A program made the position numbers and the translations under genes. DNA of 63,614 nt, filler included, from Bipalium vagum (Eukaryota): the NCBI GenBank assembly GCA_037834085.1. It is 3 parts of 3 records of this genome, joined end to end, with 100 filler letters (N's around TTAATTAATTAA, not from the genome) between each part and the next. Parts side by side here need not be neighbours in the genome. Positions count along the whole stretch, not along the records: positions 18,151 to 46,608 come from JBBMKC010050381.1; positions 46,709 to 63,614 come from JBBMKC010086933.1; 1 more part is not named here. The stretch is one strand, 5' to 3'. A model generated the notes under the pieces. It worked only from the letters and a program-made list of their open reading frames with translations, searched no databases and was not told the origin of the DNA. Numbering within the stretch: position 1 is the first letter of the stretch; each line of letters starts with the position of its first letter. This document shows, piece by piece, positions 42,132 to 54,859 of the stretch.

Positions 42132-43529
42132 AGATTCTTATCATAAAATATAATTTTTATTAATGATATATAAAAAAAGAAATAGATTTAATTTATATTT
42201 ATGCTAATAATAATATTATTTTATTACTTAATATATATTTTTCCGACTTAATTATTGAAAGTAATATTTCTATTTTCCGTAATCATTGAACATACAAAGC
42301 AAAATATGACCGCAATATTCAATAAAATAAAATTATTAAATCTCTCAAATAAAAAATAATTTGATTTATATATGTAGTTTTAATTTTTGATATGTAATTT
42401 AATATTTTTCATTTTCAAACAGATTTTTCTTAAAAGTTGAATGATTTATAAATCTTTTCGGAAAAATCCCAATTCCTTTACTAATCCAGTCAATGCGCAA
42501 ATCTCCACCAGGCTCCATATTTTCTCAGCGGGATATCATATTAAGGTTTGCAGTGTGTTAAAGAAATAAGTATGTTCAAGAAATAAAGAAATAATAAGTA
42601 AGAAATGATTTTTTTTAAAAATAAATATGTAAAATATAAAATATTCACCATAAAATTGAATAAGTTCAGAAATTATTCTCAAATATAAAATGTTATTTAT
42701 AAATACAAAAAAATCTATCCCTCTTTTTTTTATAATAATCTTCGCTTCATCATGCATAAATATTTTAATTTTTAAATATATTAATATTAATTTTTTTTTA
42801 CTTTTTATTAATATGAAAAATAATATTTTTATAGTTTGATAATAAATCCAAAAATTAGTTGGAAAAATGCAGGCAAATGCTAAAAAATGGATTATAAAAT
42901 TTTTTTATGCATTGGCAGTGGGAAAAAATACTAAATACCCCTTTTGACCAATTACCAAATTCTTTCATAACAAAAGCATTCCATTAATGCTAAGAAAAAC
43001 GATTATTTAATCTGAAAACATTAATTTCTTGAAATTAATACTTTTATTATGCTCAAAAATTCTATTTGACTGAGTTTCTCTCTTTTCTAATAATTCGCTA
43101 TTTCAGATTCTATAAAACATCGATTTCAAGAGCCATTGTATTTCATTCGGCAGCTTTTCCCTGACATTCTCTAACACTATGGCATAGGACTTCTTGCCTA
43201 AATAAACCACCAACATCATAAAGTTTCAATCAGAATTTTGGCATTTCAATTATCCTCGTCGTAAAAATGAAGCTTATATTAAATCTAGAGCTTTTCGGTG
43301 TTTTTTAACAATATTTTTATAAAGATTATCTGATTTTTCTTTTTTATATATTTTCATTTCTTTTAATATGAATTTTTTTTAATAAGTTAAAAAAAACAAT
43401 CGTATACTGTGCAAGCCTTAAACCCTTGCTAAAGCCTTGACAAAATAACAAACAATTAAATAAAAAGCTTCATTGATTATTATCACTTTAGATTGTATTG
43501 ATTATTAAATTATTGAATAGTAAATAAGC

Positions 43530-44052
43530 AGAAATGACTCCTAAAGTCGGTAGCCACCATAAGAAGAATATATTGTCAATTTTGTGGGATTACAAAGGAT
43601 TTATTTATCTTGATTTCTTATCACTTAATGAAACGATAAATTCAGCTGTCTACATTCAACAATTATCAAATTTAAATATTAAAAAATGACCAGAATTGAC
43701 CAATCGAAACGGTATTGTCTTCCTTCATGATAATATAAAGCAGCAAACGTCTTTGACTTATCGTTCACAACCACCATACAGTCCAGACATAACATCGACA
43801 GATTACTATTTATTTCGATCTGTGCAAAACTTTTTGAAGGGAAAAAAATTCAAAAATGAAGTCAAATCAGATCTTACTCAGTTTCTTTACAATAAAAATC
43901 AGGAAATTTTCGAAAAAGGAGTTGATGCTTCCTAAAAGATGGCAGGTCATCAACATAAATGGACAATATTTATTTAATAAAACTTGGAATTTATTTCATA
44001 TTTTTCATCTATGTACTTACAAAAATACGCAATTGCTTAGTTGCCAACCCAT
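43530..44052 (+). mobile_element. mariner 3' half
   Basis: LSILWDYKG, IVFLHDN, PPYSPDITSTDYYLFRSVQNFL and the terminus tacgcaattgcttagttgccaaccc. Confidence 0.9.
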
Positions 44053-45499
44053 TAGTATTATCATTATGATAACTGTAGTCATTAATCACTAAGATTATCA
44101 CAACTGCCACTGTCGCCATCAAAGTTATCAATCTCTGTTATTATAAAAATCCAATAATATTTATAAATTTAACAGGTCATTGTGGTCTTTATTACTTACA
44201 TATATTTGGTTGCAGTTTAATTTTAAAGCTTTTAATAAATTATAATTTGTTATACTACATTAATTTTATTATTTACAAATCAAATTTATTTGAAAGATCT
44301 GTTTCTCTAAAGTATCAATAATATTTTAATGAATTTTATTTGAATGAAAGGTTTAAGAATTGTAAGGTAAAATTTCACATATCATCTTTCATTATCTTTT
44401 TAATGAGCTTTAAGTGAGGCAAAAGCCGCCCCAGACACTTGTATCATGTAAGGAGCAAATCTAATGGTCTACAGTATTGAGAAAGATATATTCTAAATTT
44501 CGAAGAAAACATTAAATGCACAGAACAGCATCAAAATTCAATGAAAATTCATTTAAGTATTTCTTTAAAGCGAATATTCCCAAAAGGTGAAAGTAAATCT
44601 ATGAACATCCTTTGTTCACTGAAGCAAACAAAATATCATCAAATAGCTGTAGTGAGGTGAAAATAATAATAATAATAATAAACGCTACAAATATAACAAT
44701 AAATTCATACTGAAGATCTGTACGTTGCACCGTCAAATAATAATTGAATAAAAAATTTAAATAATTTAGTCTTTTTTTGTCTATTTTCAATTGTGTTGCT
44801 GTACAGTATAAAATGATGATACAATCCAATAAAATAAGTAAGACTACGAAAAAAATGAATTAAAAGAAAAAGAGTTCCAGGAAAAAAAGTATTTATTAAA
44901 AGGTCTTAATCAATTTTAATTGTACATCACGGAAATGGTGCCAAATATGATTTCATTTGTAGACAACGTACCATTGCTTCTGATCATTAATAAGCTATAA
45001 AGTTCACCAAATCAATTGAACAGAAATTCTTTTTTTAATTTTTATTTTTATTCTTCTGTTTTGGTCATTTTATAATAATAATTTTATGTGTAACCAACAT
45101 CCATATTAGTTGTAGTTTATTTTATTTGAATTTTATGACAGGACAGTTATATTATATCTCCCATTAATGAACCTCTTGTTGCTCCACTATTCCCAGGATC
45201 CCACTAAATCATATAATATCCAAATCGCAAAGGAATTATAATGAATGAAATTAATTATAATAATTATTTGACGTTGAATGAGAAATTGTTAATTAAGTAA
45301 ATTTAATTAATTTTTATTAAATAATATTGTTTATTTGCATCATTTCAACAATAGACGAAACTAAAATAATTCATATTCACAACGAATAAAGCTTTTATCT
45401 ACTTTACAACAATATAAAAGCAATTAGTCTGCTTAATTAAAAATATTTTAAAAATTCCAAAACGTTCCTCAAATATCAATTCAAGAAAATTTTAAATGT

Positions 45500-45690
45500 T
45501 TCATTTCAGCGGTCAGAGCATTAACTACATGCGCATGTGACATCCCGGGTTCGAATCCCGGTATCTCCGATTAATTTTCAATTAACATGGCGAGCATAGC
45601 AGGACACTAACCAGCAGACGAGGTCTCGAAAGTGAAAGTAAAGTAAATAAAAGGAAATGGAATTAAAGAGACTCGGGGCGGTGATTTCGA
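45500..45690 (+). mobile_element. tRNA-Ala-derived SINE-like sequence or tRNA pseudogene
   Basis: A-box-like tcagcggtcagagc and a perfect T-arm ccggg-ttcgaat-cccgg at 45545-45561. The 3' tatctcc resembles tRNA-Ala GGCATCTCCA. The 5' acceptor strand is missing. Confidence 0.7.
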
Positions 45691-45949
45691 ATAATATTTA
45701 TTTATTTATAAGTAATAAAAAATATTTTATTTATAAATAATAATGACGTCAATCGATGATGTAATATCCGTTATTAATTAAGAATTTCTACCATATTCGA
45801 CTACTTTATCAAAACCATATCTACTAAGAATGAAATTGATTAGTCACTTTTTAAGGTACACTTCAAAAATAGTGCAATTATTTGGTTAGACAACAAGTGG
45901 AAAAGATAGAAATCTGTTGACAGAAAGTCTAAGAAATACAGAGGATATT

Positions 45950-46430
45950 GAATAACATCACAATAGAGCTCTTGAAGTGTTTTTAACAATTGTGTGGGTT
46001 AATGTTAAAGGTTTGTTTATCCAATCTTTTCTCTATATATATGTGCTTGTCGACTGTTGATTTTCTGGATCATTTCATATTATATATGAGACCTGGTCAA
46101 TTCCAGAAACAAACAGAGACTATGATTTTCCTGGAATACAAATCTTTTTAAGTTTTTGGAGTTGCTGTGCAAGTAGAAGCCAACCATTTATCTGTATGTC
46201 CCAAATTTGAGTACAAACATCATTTCTCATGTTCCATGATGATTCGATGAAAACAACTGTTCATTGTGACCTCGTGTTGCTTGGTGTCTCGCAAAATTTG
46301 GGCTTCAGTTCTTAGCCGATTGGCTCATAAGCACCCATTTTGTGTTAATAGTCATTCTTTTTCAGTCAAATACAGACTGTCATTAGATTGCTTGTCATCT
46401 TCGGAGATAATCTTTTTGACGGCCATCCTT
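45950..46430 (-). mobile_element. Gypsy integrase zinc-finger region relic
   Basis: LLTQNGCL*ANR...QILRD..QHE resembles the Gypsy pre-integrase and H2C2 segment. Heavily decayed. Confidence 0.4.
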
Positions 46431-46608
46431 TGTCACGAGTGCTATCATTGAATTATTATTGAGATCGGATAATCAATCAATCGGATAATCAATCAAAGCG
46501 CCCAATAAGTAGTGAGACTCATATAGAATGATGTAAAGGAAAAGTCTGTAATTATGTATATTAATACAAATATATGTATACATCAATAAAATAATCCATG
46601 TTTAAATA

Positions 46609-46708
46609 NNNNNNNNNNNNNNNNNNNNNNNNNNNNNNNNNNNNNNNNNNNNTTAATTAATTAANNNNNNNNNNNNNNNNNNNNNNNNNNNNNNNNNNNN
46701 NNNNNNNN
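46609..46708. other. Scaffolding gap with six-frame stop linker
   Basis: 44 N, then TTAATTAATTAA, then 44 N. Confidence 0.95.
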
Positions 46709-47399
46709 CATATTCTATCTATTTTTGGTAACATTCTCTATTTATAGTAAGTTTTACTTATTTTTAGAACTATTGCTTATTTTTTTGTAATTCCTGTTTA
46801 TTTTTATTAATTTTAAATTTATTATTTATTTTCATTAATTATAACTATTTATTACTTTGGAACCAAATCAGGTAATCATATATTTATTTTGTTTTAATTA
46901 AAAAAAAATAAAGAAATTATTATTATGAATTATTGTTTTATTTAATATTATCAACAACTAAATAATTATAAAAGAATAACAAATATCAAAAATAACACAA
47001 TGTCAGTAATAAAACAATGTTAATGAATAAACCAATTATATTGTTAATGGATCACAAAAATGTCATTATTGATGGATTTGTTGGTCATCATTGGTTTGAG
47101 TCTGAGCACTGTTGGTAGATCCTGTGGTTGAGCTCTGTTGCTTGAAGATATTGATGGATACTGCAGATTCCATCAGTATTGAGTTTACTAGTAATAACAT
47201 AATTAATGAATTTATAATCGTTTTAGATAAATACAAGATTAAAATAATATTAATTTAATATTAAAACTACTCATATTCAAATAATCATGAAGATAAGATT
47301 AATTATATTAATTCAACAATCTGTAGATATTATAAAAAAGAATTTAATATTGAAGATATATCAAAGATGCCTTCCCGAAGTGAAAAAAACATGATCCAA

Positions 47400-48480
47400 A
47401 AATAATCGATCATATAAATGGAAAATATATATATATGAACATCCCGTAATTCATGTAATATAAACGATAGGTCATTAAAAAACTTATTTATTCCACTTTA
47501 TTTTCATAATTGTTCAAAATATGATTTCCATTTATATTTAGAATTACTATAAGTTTCCAAAAGAAAAATTTGAACTAACATCATATACAGATTTAATAAT
47601 TAATTTAATACAGTTTTAATGTCAGAAAAATTAGATTCAATGAAAATGTCTCCATTTAAAAACTTTAAAAAACGGAAATATGTTGATAAAATCAAATATG
47701 AAATTTTAAAATCATTTAAATTAAAACCTATAAAAGAAATGTATCCATATGATTATATAAAAGTTAAAATTTATGAGATAATGCATTAATATCGAAAACG
47801 TTAGAATTAAATATAAATGATTTCTATTCAATTCTTAAACAAAAAAAACTATAACAGAAGATAAGTATAATTGCTTTTAGATGAATATAAAATTTTAATA
47901 CATTTAAAGAATATATGTTATACTATATGAAATTAGATGTATTAATATTAGCAGATTTTTTTGTAACTTTTAGAGAAGTATGCCATAATTATTATGAAAT
48001 AGATCCCTGTTATTGTTATAGAGCACCTGGATTATTATGGAATGCAGGATTAAAATATTGATCACTTGATATTAATAGAAAGTTACTAGATATATATATT
48101 CAGTACATGGAAATAGAAACATTAAATTAAATAATAAAATAACTTAAATTAAATAATAAAATAATTATTACCAACCTGAAAAATATGAATATTATAAAAT
48201 GAAATCAGACTTTAATAATCCAACAAGTTGGAATTACAAAGTACTGCTAAAGATAATATAGACTTTTCTTTTACTTTAAAGAAAAATATCTAAAATATTA
48301 TGATGCTAATTCTTTATATTCAAGTTGTACAACATTACCTTTACCTTAAGGTAAAATATATGATGATATAAATAAAGATTATAAAAGAACAATTGTCCCA
48401 GGACAAAAACATTCATCAATTAATGGTGAAAACGCTTACATATATGTAGTAGATTTAATATATCCTCTTGAACTACATGG
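47400..48480 (+). pseudogene. Polinton/Maverick (adintovirus-type) DNA polymerase B fossil
   Basis: Collinear motifs: IDHINGKY, NSCNIN, FIPLYFHNCSKYDFHLYLEL, KEMYPYDY, YMKLDVLILADFFVTFREVCHNYYEIDPCYCYRAPGLLWNAGLKY, YYDANSLY and YVVDLIYPLELH. Confidence 0.88.
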
Positions 48481-48519
48481 TTAATTACTTATTCTTATGA
48501 TTATCAAATTAAATATTAA

Positions 48520-50055
48520 ATGTGGGAACGGAAGATAATAATTCTTTCCGATCACAACTCTCTGCAATATTTAATAAAACTTAAGGATTCAACATCTAAT
48601 CTCATTAGATAGACGCTTAAACTTCAACCTTATGATTTAGTATCATGAAGGAAAGGCTAATGAATACTAATGCTAACCGATCACTAATAAACAGTCTAAT
48701 AAAAACGGTGTGTGCTGTCTAAAAACCAATTACCTTGGAAAAATTAAAAGCAACAGAAAATAAAGACGATGGTTTAAAAGAAATTATTGCCGTTCTAAAT
48801 AAAACAAAAGAAAAAGATGAAAGTTTACTCACTCCAAGAATTAAATCTCAATTATAAAAATTCGAAATATCAGATGAAGGTATACTAAGATATCGAGATA
48901 ACTTAGATGTCGTAAATGTCATCCCCAAATCCCTACAAGATACGATATTATTACAGTATCATGATGGTACATTGGCAGGACATCTGTCTGCCAGAAAGAC
49001 ATTGTTACATACGTCAGAAATATTGCTAACCAACCATCTTTGAAGATGTGAAAAAAAGTTGTAAAACGTGCACCGTGTACCAAACACGCCGTAATACGTA
49101 GAAAAAGCTAAAAATGCCGCTAAAACCAATACAAATAGTTCAAGCGCCAATGGAAACTATTGCCATGGATATACTAGGCCCATTTCCAGTATCTACAAGC
49201 AAAATTCCATACATTCTGGTCATGTGTGATTATTACACCAAATGGTCTCACGCTTATGCCATTCCAAATCATCGGGTAAGTACCATAGCAAAAATATTCA
49301 TGGAACAAATAGTATTCCACTATTAAGTTCCCAAGAAACTCTTAACTGATAGAGGAAAAGAATTTTAAAGTAACTTATTGGCAAGCATGAATGAATACTT
49401 GTCATACCTAAATTAAAAATGTCACCATATCACCGTCAAACCGATGGGTTAGTGAAACTCTTTAATTATACACTAACAAGTATGTTAGCATGTTATTTCA
49501 ATTCATCCCAAAAACAACTGGGACACTCACATCCCCTCAAGTTTCTTTTTTCATCGCAAAGCTGTGCATTTTGGAACATACTCGGTTCTTAGAAATCAAA
49601 ATATGGCAGATTGGAAATGGTACAATCCTGTATCTCAACTTACGGATGAAGAGAATTGTCTATATCAAATGAATGAACGACTGCAACAAGAATGGCCGCA
49701 AGTATCTCTCTTTTATTCTCCCAAAATATGAAATACTACGATAAAAGGCTAATAGTCAAACATTACAAGTGAATCATTGCGTTATGCTAGAATTATCAGT
49801 AATCAAAAAATGACAAACTTCAAAATTGATTAGACCATTTAAAGGACCGTAGAGTTTTAAAGGATCTGACTTTAGATACAAGAAAGCCAAATAAATATTG
49901 GTTCACATAAACACATGTAAAAGAATTGAATCACAATACACAATAGATAAATCTATTGATCAACAAACCTTAAATAAAAAGACTACAAAACCAACAACAC
50001 GATATATAGATAAAACACCTCACCATTATGAATTACGTCCACCAAAGCCAAAAAG
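48520..50055 (+). mobile_element. Gypsy/Ty3 pol relic (RNase H end and integrase)
   Basis: IILSDHNSLQYL, YHDGTLAGHL, IAMDILGPFP...DYYTKW, LLTDRGKEF, SPYHRQTDGLV, RPFKGP, VHINTCK and YELRP. Confidence 0.93.
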
Positions 50056-51699
50056 AGATTTATTTTCGTTGCCAATTATTAACATGATGTGTCTCATAAC
50101 TACAATTGAAAGGTGTTCTCAGCCACCAATAGTTACAAATAGTACTAGATCCTTATTTGTATAACGGAATAATAAAATAAACTTGACTTCCATATCATCC
50201 AGAAAAAATATATCGCACACCGGGAGACCACAATAATAAAAATAAAATTTTCACATAAAAATCTTTCGTTTAAAATAATTCCAGCCGGACATGGTTATAA
50301 AATGGCAAAGTTAAAATTGGGCCATTTTTTCTTTAAAATTTATAACTAATCGATCAAAAAGGGACATGTCCGGTTGAATTTGGAGATTGAAATCATTAAA
50401 AATGAATATGGGGTGTTTTCAAAATTATACGAATCGATTTTTGAATATTTTAAAAAGTTAGAAATTATGAAATTTGTGTTGGTATTACGGAATTACTCAA
50501 AATTTGAAAACATTCACCCCGAGTTGGCATATCAGTCTTGTACACAGCTGTTTTCACGACTGTAGGACCCCCTAAACTTTTACAGTGAAAAGGTGAGCAT
50601 ATTATCACAATTTGACCCCCATCAAATCAAATCAATTAAAATAATAATTATTGTTATAATAATAATAATAAAAATAATAATAATAATTTTCCATTATTAT
50701 ATATAATATAAATATACATCAAAAGAAATCCATTCTAATTTTATGAAAATTACAAGCACAAGTACTAGTAGATTTTTAAAATTGTTCAGAACTATACTAA
50801 ATAATTTGTATTAACGATCAACCAGCAAAAAAAACAGAAAACAGATAAACCCAAATCAGGTACAAACCGACTCCCTGTAAAATAACACCATTCGATACAA
50901 CAGATATGAATAGGCCACAATTACTAATCACGAAATTCGAAAAACTAAAAATCCAATTTCAATGTGAGTTAGGTAATAAATCTATAATAAATAAATCTAT
51001 AAATAAATCTATACCAATGGTCGTACCACGCGGATTTAAACTACATGCCGCAACTTACAAAAGCTCAAAGGGGCAGTGCATATACGCAAAAAATCCCTCT
51101 CGGGACGAAGGAATTATTTTTCAGTCCTCCACAGTTTTATTTATATAAAAAAGGATGATATAAATTATTTAAAATTAAACAAAAAGGTTTTCGTTTGATA
51201 CAATTGGTTTTTTATTGCTTTTATTTATTGATTTTGATGCATTTACTATGCTTAAGTAAATATTTTTGACCAGTAGTCTACATAGATAATTTTTCATTCG
51301 TGAATATCATGTAACCATTTCATTTTTGTTTTTTTTTATTTCAAGGTTATGGTAGAGCAGTTCTCTATAGTTCTCTATCTCATCATGTAAATTTTATTAT
51401 AAGAACTTCATTATTTTCGAAGCTAGACAGATAGAAATTTCTTTATAAAATTCTTCTGAGCAATAATCAATTCTTACACAATAATCAAGAAAATAATGTA
51501 CTAGATGATCAAATTCATATGTATCTCGAATCATCTAATCCCTTGATAAATTATTGCGATGTACAAGTGTACAAAAATAATAAAATTACAGATGAATTTC
51601 TTATATTAAAAAAAAAATTATGCAATAAACTAATATCAAAATTATTGGCGTGAGATGTTACGTGAACATTGTGAAAATTTGAAAAAGGAATTTGATTTT

Positions 51700-51950
51700 T
51701 TTGAAACTTTGTTAGAGAAAATTAGAGGCAACGAAAAAATTGTTTCATTTGTTGATCTTAATGAAACGAGAAATGGTGTAAGCGGGTGTCATGGTACTAT
51801 CCTCTGCCTATTATTTAAATTTGAGTATATATAAGATTTTGAAGTAAACCTGTCGTACATGTTAGGAGTTTATTGTTAACAGCTAGACAGAAAATATGAA
51901 AGCCCTATCGACAAAATATGTATTTATTGCATGACAATGCACCAGTTCTA
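51700..51950 (+). mobile_element. Tc1/mariner-superfamily fragment
   Basis: MYLLHDNAP near 51918-51943. Confidence 0.45.
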
Positions 51951-52599
51951 AAATAAGAAATTCTCGTTGTCTTCTTACATTATTGAAATCTCTAAATATT
52001 TAAAAAAAATAAGTTGATTTTAGTTGAAATTAACTTGAACTATTATTGACAAAAAATCCGTCTATTGTGGTGTCTGTTTATCGGCTTATTTTTAATTTTC
52101 ATTATGGAACTTAACAAAAATTAAGAATAAGTAATGCTTTAATAATGTTAGACATTTATTAAGATATCTGTCCCGCTTTAAAAAAAAATTTATCAAAACT
52201 TATGTATTGATTTATTGGTAGTTGTATATGTTAGTGAATGGAGGACACTAATGGTGACTATAACCGGAGTATATCCACGTCATCAGAATAAGAAATCTCA
52301 TCCCAAAACATGAGTTACTGGGGGAAGAGGTAAAAAACAAAAATCCATATTGTAAGAAAGCATGTACTCGAGAATCTAGGACAACCAGAATCGATCACTT
52401 ATAACATAACTAAACTTAGTGATCCTTTAAAGATACAGAAGTGAAATTAAATTAATGAAATGAAAAACCAATAACCCCAAACTTAATTGTAACCAGATAT
52501 GATAATATTGTGCAATTACGAATCTGAACATTTAAATTACTGAATTATACATTTTGAGACTATTTTCTGATAAAATTATTGTACTAAGCAACAATTGAT

Positions 52600-52745
52600 A
52601 TGGCTAAGTGAAGTTGGTAGAGCTGGAGGAAACCCTTGGAATTAATCTCATGTCGATTTCAAAAATTCTGAAGAAGCTGGACTATACCAAAAAATCTGCA
52701 TGACGGGTGTCGCGTCTTTTGAGTGAAGAGTAGAAAGCTGCCATA
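52600..52745 (+). mobile_element. mariner HTH/linker fragment
   Basis: LVELEETLGINLMSISKILKKLDYTKKSA*RVSRLLSEE, corresponding to the WVP linker. Confidence 0.65.
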
Positions 52746-53145
52746 ACATTTTAATTTTTACTGCGAGAAATTTTGTTAGAACCCTCGTATATTATTTTAA
52801 AGATATTTTTATTCTGTATTTCATTTTATAAATAAGAATTGATTAATTCTATTTTGTATACTTTTATATTGATTAATGATAATATTTCTCAGTCAATTGT
52901 GAATCAAGCACATTTTTCACATTTTAAGTTCCACCAAAACTCACAAAACCTTGTTACACAAGAAATTGTAAATTTCTTCCGCATTACGTTTATACGTATT
53001 TTTTGGTGTAATTAGAGTTAGAAATTATTCTTTACTTAGAAATTATTAGTTTAATTTGTATTTATCTAAAAGGATAAAAATTCTAATAAAAATTTAGCGT
53101 AGTTATCTAACACGGATCTAACAAATAATCAGTCTTTTCAGAGTG

Positions 53146-54130
53146 AGAATCTTTTTTATTTCGATTCCATCAGACTTTTATATATATAACATTTCATTGA
53201 TATTTTATTGATATGGTAAGTTGATCCAATCTTTATTCTGACTATTTTACAGTAACATCTGTCATGAAATCTAGCTCACTAGGTTCCTAAAATTTCAAAT
53301 TTCAAAAAAAATTTCACCGGTCTCTTTAAATGTAGTGAATTTCCTAAGTGCAATTTCAAATTTACAAAATGTTCATAAAGGGTTCTGCACTTAATCTTTT
53401 TTTATTAATTATCTTTAAATTGCAATTTAAATTGTAATTACGTTTGGAAATGATATACGTGAGAAAGAAAAAAAACCTTCATCAGGACCATAAATATTGA
53501 TTGTTTTTAATTTTTAATTTATATATATTATGATTTAGACAATGTGTCCGGATTAAAAAATTAAATAAATTTCTCGTTAAATAAAATTTTAATTAGAATC
53601 TTTTTGATTTCGATTCTATCAGACTTTTTTTAAAAGAAATACTTTTATATATAACATTTCATTGATATTTTATTGATATGGTACAGTTGAATGTAAGTTG
53701 ATCCAATCTTTATTCTGACTTTTCTACCATAACATCTGTCATGAAATCGAACTCACCAGGTTCCTAAAATTTCAAATTTCAAAAAAAGTTTCACCGGTCT
53801 CTTTAAATGTAGTGCATTTCCTAAGTGCATTTTCAAATTTACAAAATTTTCATAAAGGGTTCTGCACTTAATCTTTTTTTATTAATTATATTTAAATTGC
53901 AATTTAAATTTTAATTACGTTTAGAAATGATATACGTGAGAAAGAAAAAAAACCTTCATCAGGACCATAAATATTGATTGTTTTTAATTTTTTATTTGTA
54001 TATATTATGATTTAGACAATGTGTCCAGATTAAAAAATTAAATAAATTTCTTGTTAAATAAAATTTTAATTAGAATCTTTTTGATTTCGATTCCACCAGA
54101 TTTTGTTAAAAGAAATACTTTTTTATATAT
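53146..54130. repeat. Tandem duplication of a 450-480 bp unit
   Basis: Units start with agaatctttt at 53146, 53595 and 54072 (partial). They are highly similar, and unit 1 lacks two short segments. Confidence 0.95.
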
Positions 54131-54859
54131 TTGTGCTTGTTTAAATACTATCATTCTACAAATTGAAAATTGGTCAGTTCAACTGAATTTTAATGGTGAC
54201 TTAAAAAGAAAATATTTTTCCTCATCAAAAAGAACCAAAGTAGTTTTATGTGTTTTCTGCTCATGATAATTAGCCTAATCAAACAAAACTTTTTGATAAT
54301 TTTAGAATGTTTGATCACCTTTGTACTTTTTGTTTATTTGGTTATAAATTTTCCGTATAATTCCCAGGAATTTTATGTTTTATTTGAAATTTATTTCTAG
54401 TCGTTTTATTTATCTTAATAATTTTAATCACTTTTTTTACTTTGAAAAATATAAATAATTTAAATTTTATATTAAAAATAAGAAAATATCTTATACATAC
54501 ACTCTACATTACAATATACAAAAATGATTTGAGGATTGATAGATATATAATTTTAACTAACACAATGGCTTTGCATGACTACCGTTTTAATCTTTATCTC
54601 CATTATTTAATCATTTTGATAAATGAAGGAGAACTTTTTGAACCTTTTCAAAAAATGTAACAATAAAATATTTTTAAAAAATAAAATCGAACAGCTGTGG
54701 AGACTACCCATGCCCAAGTAAAAACATGAACAATAATATGATTTTTGTGAATTTTATGTTATTAATAACTTTATGACCCTTGTAATATGATTTTTATACC
54801 CTCAAGTAATTTTAGATTTTTTTCATAAAACATTGCAACAAATTAGAATTTGTTTTTTA

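Noticed and set aside
45500-45570. Functional tRNA-Ala gene
   Set aside because: The 5' acceptor strand is absent and the anticodon arm is disrupted.
53440-53490. Minus-strand CTGATGA in each tandem unit, suggesting a retrozyme
   Set aside because: There is no GAAA after a plausible stem II and no stem III with NUH.
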